Positions 33,835 through 43,706 of a DNA stretch of 64,000 bases are shown piece by piece. How positions within the stretch are numbered: the stretch's first letter is position 1; every line of letters begins with the position of its first letter. Source of the DNA: an uncultured bacterium (GTDB taxonomy: Bacteria > Acidobacteriota > Thermoanaerobaculia > Multivoradales > JAHZIX01); the NCBI GenBank assembly GCA_965368975.1, contig CBDUPA010000026.1, forward strand, positions 5,488 through 69,487, given 5' to 3'. The translations under genes and the position numbers were made by a program. Under the pieces are notes generated by a model. The model was not told the DNA's origin and ran no database searches. It worked only from the letters and a program-made list of their open reading frames with translations.

Positions 33835-36399
33835 TCAGATTTCGCGGCGCCGTAGGCGGCTGGCCAGGAAGACCAGGCTCAGAACACCCAGAAGGCTGGC
33901 CAGCAACGCCTGGTGGAGCGGCCGCCGGTCGGTTTCGATGCGCACCACATGACGACCGGGCGGCGTCTCGACGGCGATCCGGTGCAGGTTGGCGACGCGC
34001 ACACGGACGTCCTCGCCGTCGATGGTGGCGCGGTAGATCGGCAGGTGGACGCGTTGCCAGACCAGGGCTCCGGAGCCGACCGCGTCGACTTCGGCTTCCA
34101 GGTGTTCGGGGCCCTGGCTGAGGATACGCACGCGACCGGCGTTACTGCGTGCCGGGGAGCCAAGGGTCGGCGATCCGCCAGGTGGCCCATCTCCGGGTAG
34201 GACGACGGCGGAGCGCGGATCGAAGTCAGCGCGCAGTAGATGCTCGACGGCGGCGTTCAGATGTGGCGCGTGGTGGACGGTACTCGCATAGAAGACGTCT
34301 GGTGTCGTTCTGGGCAACTGGTACACGAAGACGTCAAGCTCGAAACGGTGCTCGTGTGCCAATTGCCGGGCGTTGGGCGCGGCGATGGGGCCGAGGGCAG
34401 CGGTGTCGAGCGGGCGGTTGAGGATGATGTGCGTGACGCCCCAGGACTCGAGCAGGCGCAGACGCTGGGTGTCGTCGAGTTGTGGCATCAGGTCGTGCGC
34501 GGCGCGGGTGAGGAAGGACGAAAGGCCCTCGGGGGACATGTTCAGCTCGTAGCGCCGGCCGTGGAAGACGCCGCTGACGCTGTACAACTCGTAGAACGCC
34601 CGCCGCTGTTGCCAGGCAGCGGTGGGTTCAGGGTAGACGCCCGGATAGTTGCGCCGGCCGAAGGTTCCGTCTTCGGTGCCGTGGACGACGCGCGCATTCG
34701 TCGGCACGTAGCGCAGCAAGGGCGGCGGCGTGCGGTAGGCGTCGGCGTCGTCGGTGGGCATGGCCGGCCGTAGCAGGGTGAGCTGCGCACCGGCGTGCAC
34801 CAGCAGCAGCAGTGCCGCGCCCAGCCGAGGACGCTTGCCCAGCACGGCGACGGCGGCCAGCAGCAGCGCCAGCACGCCCAGATTGAGCAGCGCCAGGCCA
34901 GCCCAGCGCAGGCGCTCGTGGCTCACGAAGTCGTCGGGAAAGTTGGTCGGCACCCAGCCGCGCAGCAGGCCGAAGGCGGCGTCGGGGGCGAAGGTGAGCC
35001 ACGCCCAGGCGAGTAGGTAGCCGAGCGTCAGCAGCAGCAAGAGCAAGCGCAGACGCTGCCGGACGTCGTCGCTGGCCGCTAGCACGCGCTCGAACCCCAG
35101 CCCGGCGAGCAGCGCGGCGCCGATGGCTACCGGCAGCATCAGCTTGACGGGATAGCGCAGCATGTCGAGGCCCGGCAGCCCGAGCAGGAAGTCGGCGATC
35201 GGGTTGTGGCGCCCCATCGAGAAGAACAGGCCGCCGGCCACCAGCAGCCAGGCCCACAGCCGTGAGGCCCACAGGGTGCGCTGTGCGGAGCGGCGCCAGC
35301 CCGAGACAGTGATCAGGGCGAGGGTCAGTAATCCGGGGTAGAGGCTGAGGAAGAAGGGCGGTAGCTCACTATAGAAACGGCCACCCCAGAAGCTGCCGTA
35401 GCGCAGCAGGTCGAAGCGGCCGAAGCACATCGGCAGGAACCAGTCCAGCGTTTGGGCGGGGTGGAAGCTCGACAGCGTGCGCGTGTCGGCCGAGTAGCCC
35501 TGGTGACCACGGTAGGAGATGGGCAAGATGCGCAACGTCTCGACGATCTGTGGCAGCGCGATCAGCGAGCCGCACAGCACGACCAGCACCAGTGGTGCCC
35601 AGCCCGAGGTCCAGGCACCGGAGAGCCAGGTGCTGGTCTCACTCTCGCTCAGTCCTAGACGCTGGCGCCAATGACGCAGCGTCCAGGCTCCGCGTCCTTC
35701 GCGCACCAGCACGCCGGTCGACGCCAGCGCCAGCGCCAGCACCGCCAGCACGGGTTCTCCGCCGAGCAGTAGCAGCGCCCACAGCACGCCGAGCACGGCG
35801 GCGTAACGGGCCCGGCGAGGGGCCCGTCTAGGTGCCGGCGTGTTGCTGTCGGCGGGCTCGGTCAGGCGCAGCGCAGCGGCGCACAGGGCGGGCGTCAAGG
35901 TGGCGACGGCGATCAGGTTGGTGAAGTTGAGGTGTGATACCAGGAAGCCGCTGAAGCCGTACGTGACCCCCGCCGCCCAGGCTGCTTCGCGTCGCAAGCC
36001 CCAGGCTCGGCCCAGCCAGAAGAAGGCCCAGGGGGCCAGAAGCCAGTGCAGCCAAAGGTGAGTGTTGAGCGCCCACAGCACCGGGGCGAAGAGGTAGAGC
36101 AGCTGCGTCGGGTAGAGCGGCACGCTGTTGGGATTGCCCAGCAACGGTTGCCCGCCGGCCAGGCCAGGTGCGATCAACGGCAAGGCCGGCCCCTGCGCGC
36201 CGTCCTCGGCACTCTGGAGTGCACGTGCCTGTTCAGCCTTCATCGCCAGGTGGACGTTGAACAGGTCGCGCAAGAAGAGCGTGCGCTGTCCCAGGGCCAG
36301 CGGCAGGACGGTCAGCGCCAGCAGGACCAGCACCGGCACTGTGAGCGGTAGCATCTCGCGAGCCGGTCGCTTCACGCGATCCTCCCGACGGATGGCCAT
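33835..36399 (-). CDS. Polytopic membrane protein, GT-C/YfhO-like putative glycosyltransferase (paralog 3)
   Basis: Many TM segments, a conserved TLFLRDLF first-loop motif, a large C-terminal extracytoplasmic domain and a final TM helix. It is a close paralog of 36372-38963. The start is uncertain (36399 or 36354). The ORF-track N-terminal extension is an out-of-frame overlap with the upstream paralog and is an artefact. Confidence 0.7.
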   Translation of the reverse strand: MAIRREDRVKRPAREMLPLTVPVLVLLALTVLPLALGQRTLFLRDLFNVHLAMKAEQARALQSAEDGAQGPALPLIAPGLAGGQPLLGNPNSVPLYPTQLLYLFAPVLWALNTHLWLHWLLAPWAFFWLGRAWGLRREAAWAAGVTYGFSGFLVSHLNFTNLIAVATLTPALCAAALRLTEPADSNTPAPRRAPRRARYAAVLGVLWALLLLGGEPVLAVLALALASTGVLVREGRGAWTLRHWRQRLGLSESETSTWLSGAWTSGWAPLVLVVLCGSLIALPQIVETLRILPISYRGHQGYSADTRTLSSFHPAQTLDWFLPMCFGRFDLLRYGSFWGGRFYSELPPFFLSLYPGLLTLALITVSGWRRSAQRTLWASRLWAWLLVAGGLFFSMGRHNPIADFLLGLPGLDMLRYPVKLMLPVAIGAALLAGLGFERVLAASDDVRQRLRLLLLLLTLGYLLAWAWLTFAPDAAFGLLRGWVPTNFPDDFVSHERLRWAGLALLNLGVLALLLAAVAVLGKRPRLGAALLLLVHAGAQLTLLRPAMPTDDADAYRTPPPLLRYVPTNARVVHGTEDGTFGRRNYPGVYPEPTAAWQQRRAFYELYSVSGVFHGRRYELNMSPEGLSSFLTRAAHDLMPQLDDTQRLRLLESWGVTHIILNRPLDTAALGPIAAPNARQLAHEHRFELDVFVYQLPRTTPDVFYASTVHHAPHLNAAVEHLLRADFDPRSAVVLPGDGPPGGSPTLGSPARSNAGRVRILSQGPEHLEAEVDAVGSGALVWQRVHLPIYRATIDGEDVRVRVANLHRIAVETPPGRHVVRIETDRRPLHQALLASLLGVLSLVFLASRLRRREI

Positions 36400-38963
36400 C
36401 GCCACAGCAGGAGCAGGCTGAGCAGACCGAACAGTGAACCGATCAGCGACAGCTGCAGCGGTCGACGGTCGGTCTCGATGCGCACGATGTGCCGCCCCGG
36501 CGGTGTCTCGACCGCGATGCGGTACAGATTGGCGACGCGCACCGTGGCCGGCTCTCCATCGACGGTGGCGTGGTAGAGCGGCAGGTGGGCTCGCTGCCAG
36601 ACCAGGGCGCCGCCGTCGCCGGTCCCGCCTGGACTCTCGGGGACCACCACCTCGACCTCCAGGTGCTCGCGTCCCTGGCTCAGGATGCGTACGTTGCCGG
36701 ACATCCCCGTGGCTGCCGGGCTCGACACGAGGCCGCCAGGTACCACGACGGCGGTGCGCGGATCGAAGTCGGCGCTCAGCAGGTGCTCGACGGCGGCGTT
36801 GAGGTGGGGTGCGGGCAGGATGGTGCCGGCGTGGAAGACTTGCGGCGTGGTGGCGGGCAGGGAGTAGACGAAGACGTCGACGTCGAAGCGTCGCTGGTGG
36901 CTGATCAGCTCGACGCGCTCGGCCGCGGTTACGTCCAGCGGACGGTTGAGGATCAGTCGCTCGACTCCCCAAGCCTCGAGTAGCCGCAGTCGCTGGGTGT
37001 CGTCGAGCTGCGGCATCAGGTCGTGGGCGGCGCGCGCCAGGAACGAGGACAGACCTTCTGGCGACAGGTTCAGCTCGTAACGCCGGTCGTTCAGGATGCC
37101 AGCGGCGCTGTACAGCTCATGAAAGACGCGTCGCTGCTGCCAAGCGGCGGTCGACTCAGGATAGACGCCCGGCACGTGTTCTTGGTCGAAGGCACCGTCT
37201 TCGCTACCGTGCAACACACGGGCACCAGGTGGCACGACTCCCAGCAGCGGCACCGCCTCGGTGTAGGCGGCCACTTCGTCGGTCGGCATGGCCGGCTGCA
37301 GGAAGAAGAGCTGCGAGCCAGCGTGGAGGCCGAGCAACAGCGTGGCGCTGAGCAGGACTACCCGCGGTTGCTGACGCATTCGGGCGGCCAGGAGGGTGAG
37401 GGCGAAGTAGAGCACCAGCAGACCGAGGCTGAGCACGCATAGCGCTTGCCAGCGTTCCACCTCGTTGAGCACGAAGTCGTCCGGAAAGCCGGCCGGTACC
37501 CAGCCGCGCAGCAGTGCGAAGGCTCTGTGCGGTAGTAGGTCGAGCAGCAGCCAGGCGCCGACGAAGACGGCGAGCAGGACTCCCAAGGCTCGGCGCAGTG
37601 CTGGCATTCCTGGGGACGGCATCCCGAGGGACGCTCCGGAAGCTTCCACGGACAGCCAGCAGCGCTGGAAGCCGAGGCCGGCGAGCAGCGACGCGCCGAG
37701 CACCACCGGCAGCATCAGCTTGATCGGGTAGCGCAACACCTGCAGGCCGGGTAGGCCGAGCAGGAAATCGGCGACCGGGTTGTGACGGCCGAGCGCGAAG
37801 AACAGCCCGACGGCGATCAGCGTCCAGGCCCACAGACGCAGGCGTCCGTATCCGTCACCGTATCCCTCGCTGAGTGCGCCTTTGGACCGCCGCCCCCCGC
37901 TGGCGCCAACCAGGGCGAAGATCAGCAGCCCCGGGTAGAGACTGAAGTAGAAGGGCGGCATCTCGTTGAAGAAACGGCCGCCCCAGAAGCTGCCGTAGCG
38001 TAGGAGATCCATGCGCCCGAACGCCGACGGCAGCAGCCATTCGAGCATCTGCGCGGGGTGCAGGCTGGTGGCCGTGCGCGTGGTTTCCGAGTAGCCTTGG
38101 TGCCCGCGGTACGAGATCGGCAAGATGCGCAGCGTTTCGACGATTTGCGGCAGGGCTACCAGGCTGCCGGCGGCCAGCGCCAGCACCAGTGGCAAGCTGC
38201 GCGAGCGCCAGTCGCCGCCCCGCAGGTGCTCGCGCCAGAAGTCGGGCCTCACCACCGTGTGTCCTTCGCGCGCCAGCACCGCCGTGACCGCCAGGCCGAG
38301 CGCCAGCACCGCCAGCAGCGGTTCGCCGCCCAGCAGCAGGAGCGCCCACAGCAATCCACTGAGAAGCGCGTAGCGGCCCCGTGGTTGAGTCGGCGGTTCA
38401 GGGGCTGCCGACGCGGACGCTGTGGACGATACCGGTTCGGTGACGCGCAGCACCGCCGCGATCAACGCCGGAGTGAGCGATGCGACGGCGACCAGGTTGG
38501 TGAAGTTGAGCTGCGAGATCAGGTAACCGGAAAAGCCGTAGGCGACGCCGGCCGCCCAGGCTGCTTCCCGGCGCAGGCCCCAGACGCGCGCCAGCCAGTA
38601 GAAGCTCCAGGGCGCGAGCAGCACGTGTAGCCACAGGTGGGCGTTGAGCGCCCAGAACAGCGGCGTGAACAGGTACAGCACGTTGGTGGGGTAGAGCGGC
38701 ACGCTGTTCGGGTTGCCGAGCAGCGGCTGGCCACCCGCCATGCCCGGCCCGACCAGCGCCAGCGCCGAGTCACCGCCGTCTGTGCCCAGCAGCGCTCGTG
38801 CCTGTTCGGCTTTCATCGCCAGGTGAACGTTGAACAAGTCGCGCAGAAAGAGGGTGCGTTCGCCACTGATCAGCGGCCAGAGAGCCAGCAGCAGGAGTAG
38901 CAACGCCGGTGCGGCGAGCAGCAGCAGCTTGCGCTGCTCGGCCGTGAGTCGAAGTCGAATCAT
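36372..38963 (-). CDS. Polytopic membrane protein, GT-C/YfhO-like putative glycosyltransferase (paralog 2)
   Basis: The start MIRLRLTAEQRK at 38963 forms an ATGA overlap with the stop of paralog 1. The architecture matches paralog 3. Confidence 0.72.
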   Translation of the reverse strand: MIRLRLTAEQRKLLLLAAPALLLLLLALWPLISGERTLFLRDLFNVHLAMKAEQARALLGTDGGDSALALVGPGMAGGQPLLGNPNSVPLYPTNVLYLFTPLFWALNAHLWLHVLLAPWSFYWLARVWGLRREAAWAAGVAYGFSGYLISQLNFTNLVAVASLTPALIAAVLRVTEPVSSTASASAAPEPPTQPRGRYALLSGLLWALLLLGGEPLLAVLALGLAVTAVLAREGHTVVRPDFWREHLRGGDWRSRSLPLVLALAAGSLVALPQIVETLRILPISYRGHQGYSETTRTATSLHPAQMLEWLLPSAFGRMDLLRYGSFWGGRFFNEMPPFYFSLYPGLLIFALVGASGGRRSKGALSEGYGDGYGRLRLWAWTLIAVGLFFALGRHNPVADFLLGLPGLQVLRYPIKLMLPVVLGASLLAGLGFQRCWLSVEASGASLGMPSPGMPALRRALGVLLAVFVGAWLLLDLLPHRAFALLRGWVPAGFPDDFVLNEVERWQALCVLSLGLLVLYFALTLLAARMRQQPRVVLLSATLLLGLHAGSQLFFLQPAMPTDEVAAYTEAVPLLGVVPPGARVLHGSEDGAFDQEHVPGVYPESTAAWQQRRVFHELYSAAGILNDRRYELNLSPEGLSSFLARAAHDLMPQLDDTQRLRLLEAWGVERLILNRPLDVTAAERVELISHQRRFDVDVFVYSLPATTPQVFHAGTILPAPHLNAAVEHLLSADFDPRTAVVVPGGLVSSPAATGMSGNVRILSQGREHLEVEVVVPESPGGTGDGGALVWQRAHLPLYHATVDGEPATVRVANLYRIAVETPPGRHIVRIETDRRPLQLSLIGSLFGLLSLLLLWRWPSVGRIA

Positions 38964-41578
38964 GTCTCTTCGTTCTCCCCAGAGCGCTGTGTCTTCTCCC
39001 CAGAGCGACCGCGGAGCAGCAGCAGCAAGCAGAGGAGCGCCGCGCTCAGGGCGACACCCGCCGCCGCCTTCTCCGGTGTCGCCGACGCCTCGACCACCAC
39101 GCGATGCCGTCCCGGAGGCACTTCGACGCCGAGCAGCAGCAGGTGGACGGGAAGGGTCCGCAAGCGTCGGCTGGCTCCGGGATCGGCGGCTGAATCCGAC
39201 GCGACTGCGGGCTCTGACGAGACTGCTGGCTCTGACGAGACAACCCGGGCTTCGAACAGAGGATGGTGCGCACGCCGCAGTACCGCGACGCCGCCTTCGC
39301 TGTCGACCTCGAACTCCAGTCGATCCGGCTCGGCGCGCAGGAGGCGCACACGTCCGGCGCCCTGATACCCACGACCTCGAGGCTCGTCCGCCTCGGCGAG
39401 CGGCGGTACCTGCACCTCGGCCAAGGGATCTGGACTGCTGTAGAGGCCCTTCAGAGCGGCGACCGGGTTGGACGCCACGTGCACCCGCTCGGGCCACCAG
39501 GCCGGCGGGGCACTGCCGTGGATACGCAGCAGATGACTCTCGACGCTCAGCCGGCGCGCCTGCGCGATCGGTTCGAAGCCGGGGAGCAGCGTCAACTCCG
39601 AGGGCAGCGCTCCATAGAGCACCAACGCTTCGACGCCGAGCACGCGCAGTTGATTCAGCCGAGCCGCCCACGACGCGCGTGCCAGGTTGACGTCCGCGAA
39701 CACCGTCAAGGCTGGCGCCATGCCTTCCAGGTTCGGTGCCAGTGGGTAGTGCAGGCCGTGCAGCTGACCGGGCGTCGGGTAGAGATCGCGCGCGCGCGCT
39801 CGCTGCTGCTCGCCCTGCGTCGCATCGGCGTAGTACGCCTGCGGCTTCCACAGCTCCAACAGTGTGTCCTGGTTGAGCACACCGGGACCGAGACCCAGTT
39901 GCTCGGCCGTTGGATCGCTTGTGTCCGACGCGTGCTGTGCCAGCACTTGCCGTGTCCAGGGCGGCACCTCGCGGTACGGCTCGATCTTCTCGGTCAGTAG
40001 CAGCGGCGCCAGCGGCAGCAGCGCGACCACCTGGAGTGCCACCACTGCGACCTTGCGCAGGTGTGCCGACCCGACCTTGGTGTCCGGCAGCCAGCGTTGA
40101 CTGCACAGTCCCGCGATCACCGCCAGGATCAGCGTACTGAAGGCCAGGTAGAAGCACGGCATCAGCCAGCGGAGACTGAGCGCTGTCTGCAAGGCTTCGT
40201 CCTCGGCCAGCCGCCACGGCCGCAGCGTCAGGACGGCCAGCACTGGTAGGAAGAGCACCGCCGCCGCGCCCAGGCAGCGACGTACCCAGGCCGCCGGCGC
40301 CGCGCACAGACGATCGAGCCCGAAGCCGGCGAGCAGTGGCAGCGCCAGCGCGAACCACACCAGGAAGCGCTCCGGGAAGCGGAAGACGCCGAAGCTCAGC
40401 TGGCCTAGAAGGCCACTCAACCAGCCACCGGTCATCGCCAGTAGCAGCGACGTCAAGGCCAGTCCGGCCCACAGTTTGACGGCTTGCTTCTGTCTTCGAA
40501 TGCCGACCAGAGTCACGAGGGCGAGCAGCAGAGCGACGATGCCGAAGTGCAGTGAGAAGAAGTACGGCATCAGCCGCTGGAGCTCGAGCACCCAGGTGCC
40601 CAGCAGGTCGTCGCGGAACGGCCAGCCGAAGGGAAAGGCCACGATCAGCTCCAACAAGCGCCACGGCTGGAGCGCGTAGCTGCTCACCACCGACTCCGGA
40701 TTGCCGTGCGCCCCACGGTAGCTGACCCCCAGAACACGCGCCGTCGCCACCACCTGCGGCAGCGCGATCAGCACGCCCGTCAGGCCGATGCCGAAGGTCA
40801 CGCCAAGTCCGTGGCGCCAGCGCCGCCACCAGCTCAGCTGTGCACCTGTGCTCGTCGAGGGAGGGGCGCTCAGTGGTACGGCCAGTAGCAACAGCGGCAC
40901 CACGCCGAGCAGTGCCGTCAAGGGCTCTCCGCCCAGAAGCGCCAGCCCGCACGCCAGGCCTCCCACTGCAATTCCGGACATGACCGCGTGCCGCCCGCTC
41001 GCGCGGGCCTTCACCGCTCCCACCAGTACCAGCGGCCACCAGGCCGCCACGGTGATCGTGTTGTAGAAGGTGAACAGGGTCAAGAACCAGCCGCTGCCCG
41101 CGTACGTCACTCCCGCCAACAACGACGCCGGCCGGCTCTGTCCGAGTGAGCGTGCCAGCCAGGTGAAGGTCAGCAGCGCCAGCAGCCAGTGCAGCACGAA
41201 GTGCAGGTTGAAGGCGTTCCAGAACGGCAACAGCAAGTAGAGCAGGTTGTCCGGATAGAACGCTTGGTAGGCCGGGTTGCCACGGTAGGGGTGACCCAGA
41301 CCCCAGGTCGGATCGAAGGCCGGAATCTTGCCCTGCCGCAGTTGCTCGGCACCGAAGGCTTTATGCGGCAGCAGATTCGAGAACACGTCGCGCAGGAAGA
41401 CCGTCTCCTGCCCGAGCGCCAGCGGCAAGCTGACGATCAACCAGACCAGCAGCACCCCCACCCATAGCCAGCGCAGTGGCGACCAGCCCTGCAACGGCCA
41501 GCCCAGCAGCCGAGGCTGTTGCCGGTCCAGAGTGGAGGACTCCGCGTCGAGATTCAGATCGGGATTTGCTGGCTCCAT
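38960..41578 (-). CDS. Polytopic membrane protein, GT-C/YfhO-like putative glycosyltransferase (paralog 1, more divergent)
   Basis: 872 aa with ETVFLRDVF in the first loop, multiple TM segments, a C-terminal soluble domain and a terminal TM helix. Confidence 0.7.
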   Translation of the reverse strand: MEPANPDLNLDAESSTLDRQQPRLLGWPLQGWSPLRWLWVGVLLVWLIVSLPLALGQETVFLRDVFSNLLPHKAFGAEQLRQGKIPAFDPTWGLGHPYRGNPAYQAFYPDNLLYLLLPFWNAFNLHFVLHWLLALLTFTWLARSLGQSRPASLLAGVTYAGSGWFLTLFTFYNTITVAAWWPLVLVGAVKARASGRHAVMSGIAVGGLACGLALLGGEPLTALLGVVPLLLLAVPLSAPPSTSTGAQLSWWRRWRHGLGVTFGIGLTGVLIALPQVVATARVLGVSYRGAHGNPESVVSSYALQPWRLLELIVAFPFGWPFRDDLLGTWVLELQRLMPYFFSLHFGIVALLLALVTLVGIRRQKQAVKLWAGLALTSLLLAMTGGWLSGLLGQLSFGVFRFPERFLVWFALALPLLAGFGLDRLCAAPAAWVRRCLGAAAVLFLPVLAVLTLRPWRLAEDEALQTALSLRWLMPCFYLAFSTLILAVIAGLCSQRWLPDTKVGSAHLRKVAVVALQVVALLPLAPLLLTEKIEPYREVPPWTRQVLAQHASDTSDPTAEQLGLGPGVLNQDTLLELWKPQAYYADATQGEQQRARARDLYPTPGQLHGLHYPLAPNLEGMAPALTVFADVNLARASWAARLNQLRVLGVEALVLYGALPSELTLLPGFEPIAQARRLSVESHLLRIHGSAPPAWWPERVHVASNPVAALKGLYSSPDPLAEVQVPPLAEADEPRGRGYQGAGRVRLLRAEPDRLEFEVDSEGGVAVLRRAHHPLFEARVVSSEPAVSSEPAVASDSAADPGASRRLRTLPVHLLLLGVEVPPGRHRVVVEASATPEKAAAGVALSAALLCLLLLLRGRSGEKTQRSGENEET

Positions 41579-41608
41579 GCCGGTGCAACTCTACACCGGC
41601 CCTGGGTC

Positions 41609-42730
41609 CTAGAAGTAGGACTCCAGCTCGCCACTGCGGCGCACGTCGAGGGTAGCGCAGTGGAAGGAGCCGCCGAAGTCGTTGAAGTTGAGGAAGGGCA
41701 GGGTGAGGACTTCGAAGCCCCAGTCTTCCAACATCTCGATGAGCGGCGTCTCATTCTCCTCGACCACCACGCGCTCGGCATCCAGCGACACCAGGTTGAT
41801 GCTCACCCAGCGGCTGCAGAACTTGAACGACCCGCGGTCGCACAGCGCGGGGGGCGGGGCTGGACGCACGTCCCAATCCTTGAACATCTCCGGCACCTCT
41901 GGCACGCGCTCCGGGTTGATCAGGAGCTTGCCCGGTGCCAGCGGCGTGAGGGAGGCGTCGATGTGCATGGGGTGCTCGTCGTAAAGGTCGACCTCGTGCA
42001 CGCGCAGGCCTTGCGTCTCCAGGTGCCGGCGTAGCCATTCGAAGCCGAGACGGTTGGTGACGTGGCTGAGTTGGCCGAAGATGTCGCGACCGCAGCGGAT
42101 GAAGTCGGCGGCGTCGAAGACGGGTTCGTGCTCGGTGACGACCGAGGCGAAGGGACGACCGTCGGTGGGCTCGGGCACCTGGGCGTGGAAGGCGGCGTCG
42201 GTGAGCAGCGGCGACGGGGCGGCGGTCCAGCGGGCGCCGGCACGGAAGTACTCGGTGAGCAGTGGCCGGTAAGCCTCGATCTCAAAATATCGGCTGCGCC
42301 AGGCCATCGGTACCTCGATCAACTCGTCACCGATCACCAGCAGCAGGTCGCGCGGCATGGCGGCGTACAGGCCGCCCGGGCTGGACCAGGCGGGCGTGGC
42401 GAAGGGACGGCTGAAGTCGACGCGCTCGGGGCGGCGCACCGTGATGCCCTCGCGTTCCAGCAGGGCGACGAAGCCATCGAGTTCGCGCTTGGCGGCGTCG
42501 ACCATCTCCTGCGGGAATGGCTGGCCGGCGTAGCGGTCGAAGAAGGCTTTCTGCTCGGGGCCGATGGTGGCTTCCAGGGCCACATCCCACTGGGGGACGG
42601 CTGAACCTTCGACGATGCCGACGATCACTTCTTCGAGCGGATCCCACTCGGTCCAGGCGCTGACAGTCGGGTCCGAGTTCGGGGCCGAGTTCGAGTTTCG
42701 GGGCTGCGGGGCCTTGGCTTGAAGGGTCAT
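41609..42730 (-). CDS. Amidinotransferase (glycine/inosamine-phosphate amidinotransferase family)
   Basis: HPMHIDASL and the C-terminal GGSFHCATLDVRRSG closely match the AGAT/StrB1 active-site His and Cys contexts. Confidence 0.85.
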   Translation of the reverse strand: MTLQAKAPQPRNSNSAPNSDPTVSAWTEWDPLEEVIVGIVEGSAVPQWDVALEATIGPEQKAFFDRYAGQPFPQEMVDAAKRELDGFVALLEREGITVRRPERVDFSRPFATPAWSSPGGLYAAMPRDLLLVIGDELIEVPMAWRSRYFEIEAYRPLLTEYFRAGARWTAAPSPLLTDAAFHAQVPEPTDGRPFASVVTEHEPVFDAADFIRCGRDIFGQLSHVTNRLGFEWLRRHLETQGLRVHEVDLYDEHPMHIDASLTPLAPGKLLINPERVPEVPEMFKDWDVRPAPPPALCDRGSFKFCSRWVSINLVSLDAERVVVEENETPLIEMLEDWGFEVLTLPFLNFNDFGGSFHCATLDVRRSGELESYF

Positions 42731-42836
42731 ATCTGCTTCTCCAAACGAGTTCGACAGAGAAAAGTTGCAGGCTGATCAGCTTTCGCGCGTCAACTGGCCT
42801 GGGTCGGTGGCCGCGAGCGAGTACAATACCCGTCCC

Positions 42837-43706
42837 ATGCATCCCCTGCTACGAGCTCTCCGTCCCGCCCAGTGGACCAAGAACCTCTTTGTCCTGGCAC
42901 CTTTGGTGTTTGCGCGCGGCCTGCTGGACGGCGACTTGATCGCCCGCTCCCTGATGGCCTTTGCCGCCTTCTGCGCCGCGGCAAGCGCGGTGTACCTGCT
43001 CAACGACCTGCGCGATCGCGACGCCGACCGCCAGCACCCGCTGAAAAAGAACCGGCCGATCGCCTCCGGGGCCCTGTCCACTGGCACGGCAGCTGTCGCG
43101 GCCGCTGTCTTGGCCGTAGCGGCGATGGCCTCCGGGGCGGTCTTGGGCTGGCACTTCGTGCTGGTCGTCGCGGTGTATCTGCTGCTCAACATCGGCTATT
43201 CCCTGGGGCTCAAACGCGTGGTGATCCTGGACGTTATGATCGTCGGCATGGGTTTTGTGCTGCGCGTGCTGGCGGGCGGCGTGGCGGTGGATGTCGCACT
43301 GTCGCGCTGGTTGCTGCTGTGCACCATCTTTGTCTCGCTCTTCCTGGTGCTCTCCAAGAGGCGCCACGAGCTGGTGCTGTTGGCGGACGAAGCGGCGCGC
43401 CAGCGGCTGGTGCTGGAGCACTACAGCGCCACCTTCCTTGATCAGATGATCAACGTCGTCACCGCTTCGACGGTCGTCTGCTACGCACTCTATGCGGTGG
43501 CGCCGGAGACCGATCAGAAGTACGACACCAACTACCTGGTCTACACCATTCCGCTGGTGCTCTTCGGCATCTTCCGCTACCTGTACCTGACCTACCAGAG
43601 CCGCAATCCACGCAATCCCACCGAGGCGATGCTGCGCGACGTGCCGTTCCTGGTCAACTTGGCGCTGTGGGGGCTGGCGGTGACGGGGATCGTGTATGCG
43701 ACCTGA
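42837..43706 (+). CDS. UbiA-family polyprenyl-phosphate 5-phosphoribosyltransferase (DPPR-synthase-like)
   Basis: RPAQWTKNLFV...YLLNDLRDRDADRQHPLKKNRPIASG is the signature I associate with Rv3806c-type enzymes. About 8-9 TM segments. The ATG at 42837 is preferred over 42765. Confidence 0.8.
   Translation: MHPLLRALRPAQWTKNLFVLAPLVFARGLLDGDLIARSLMAFAAFCAAASAVYLLNDLRDRDADRQHPLKKNRPIASGALSTGTAAVAAAVLAVAAMASGAVLGWHFVLVVAVYLLLNIGYSLGLKRVVILDVMIVGMGFVLRVLAGGVAVDVALSRWLLLCTIFVSLFLVLSKRRHELVLLADEAARQRLVLEHYSATFLDQMINVVTASTVVCYALYAVAPETDQKYDTNYLVYTIPLVLFGIFRYLYLTYQSRNPRNPTEAMLRDVPFLVNLALWGLAVTGIVYAT

Noticed and set aside
36400-36972. N-terminal ~190-aa extension of the ORF-track entry 33835-36972, and likewise the ~690-aa extension of 36372-41039
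   Set aside because: The extensions are Arg/Pro/Ala/Gly-rich read-through in a frame that overlaps the real upstream paralog. Internal Met starts (36399/36354 and 38963) give N-termini that align with each other and with paralog 1, and 38963 forms an ATGA junction with the upstream stop.
42799-42836. Promoter and leaderless start for the UbiA-like gene (TACAAT at 42822-42827, 9 nt before the ATG)
   Set aside because: The -10 is good, but no acceptable -35 or extended -10 lies at 16-18 nt spacing, so I do not report it as a feature.
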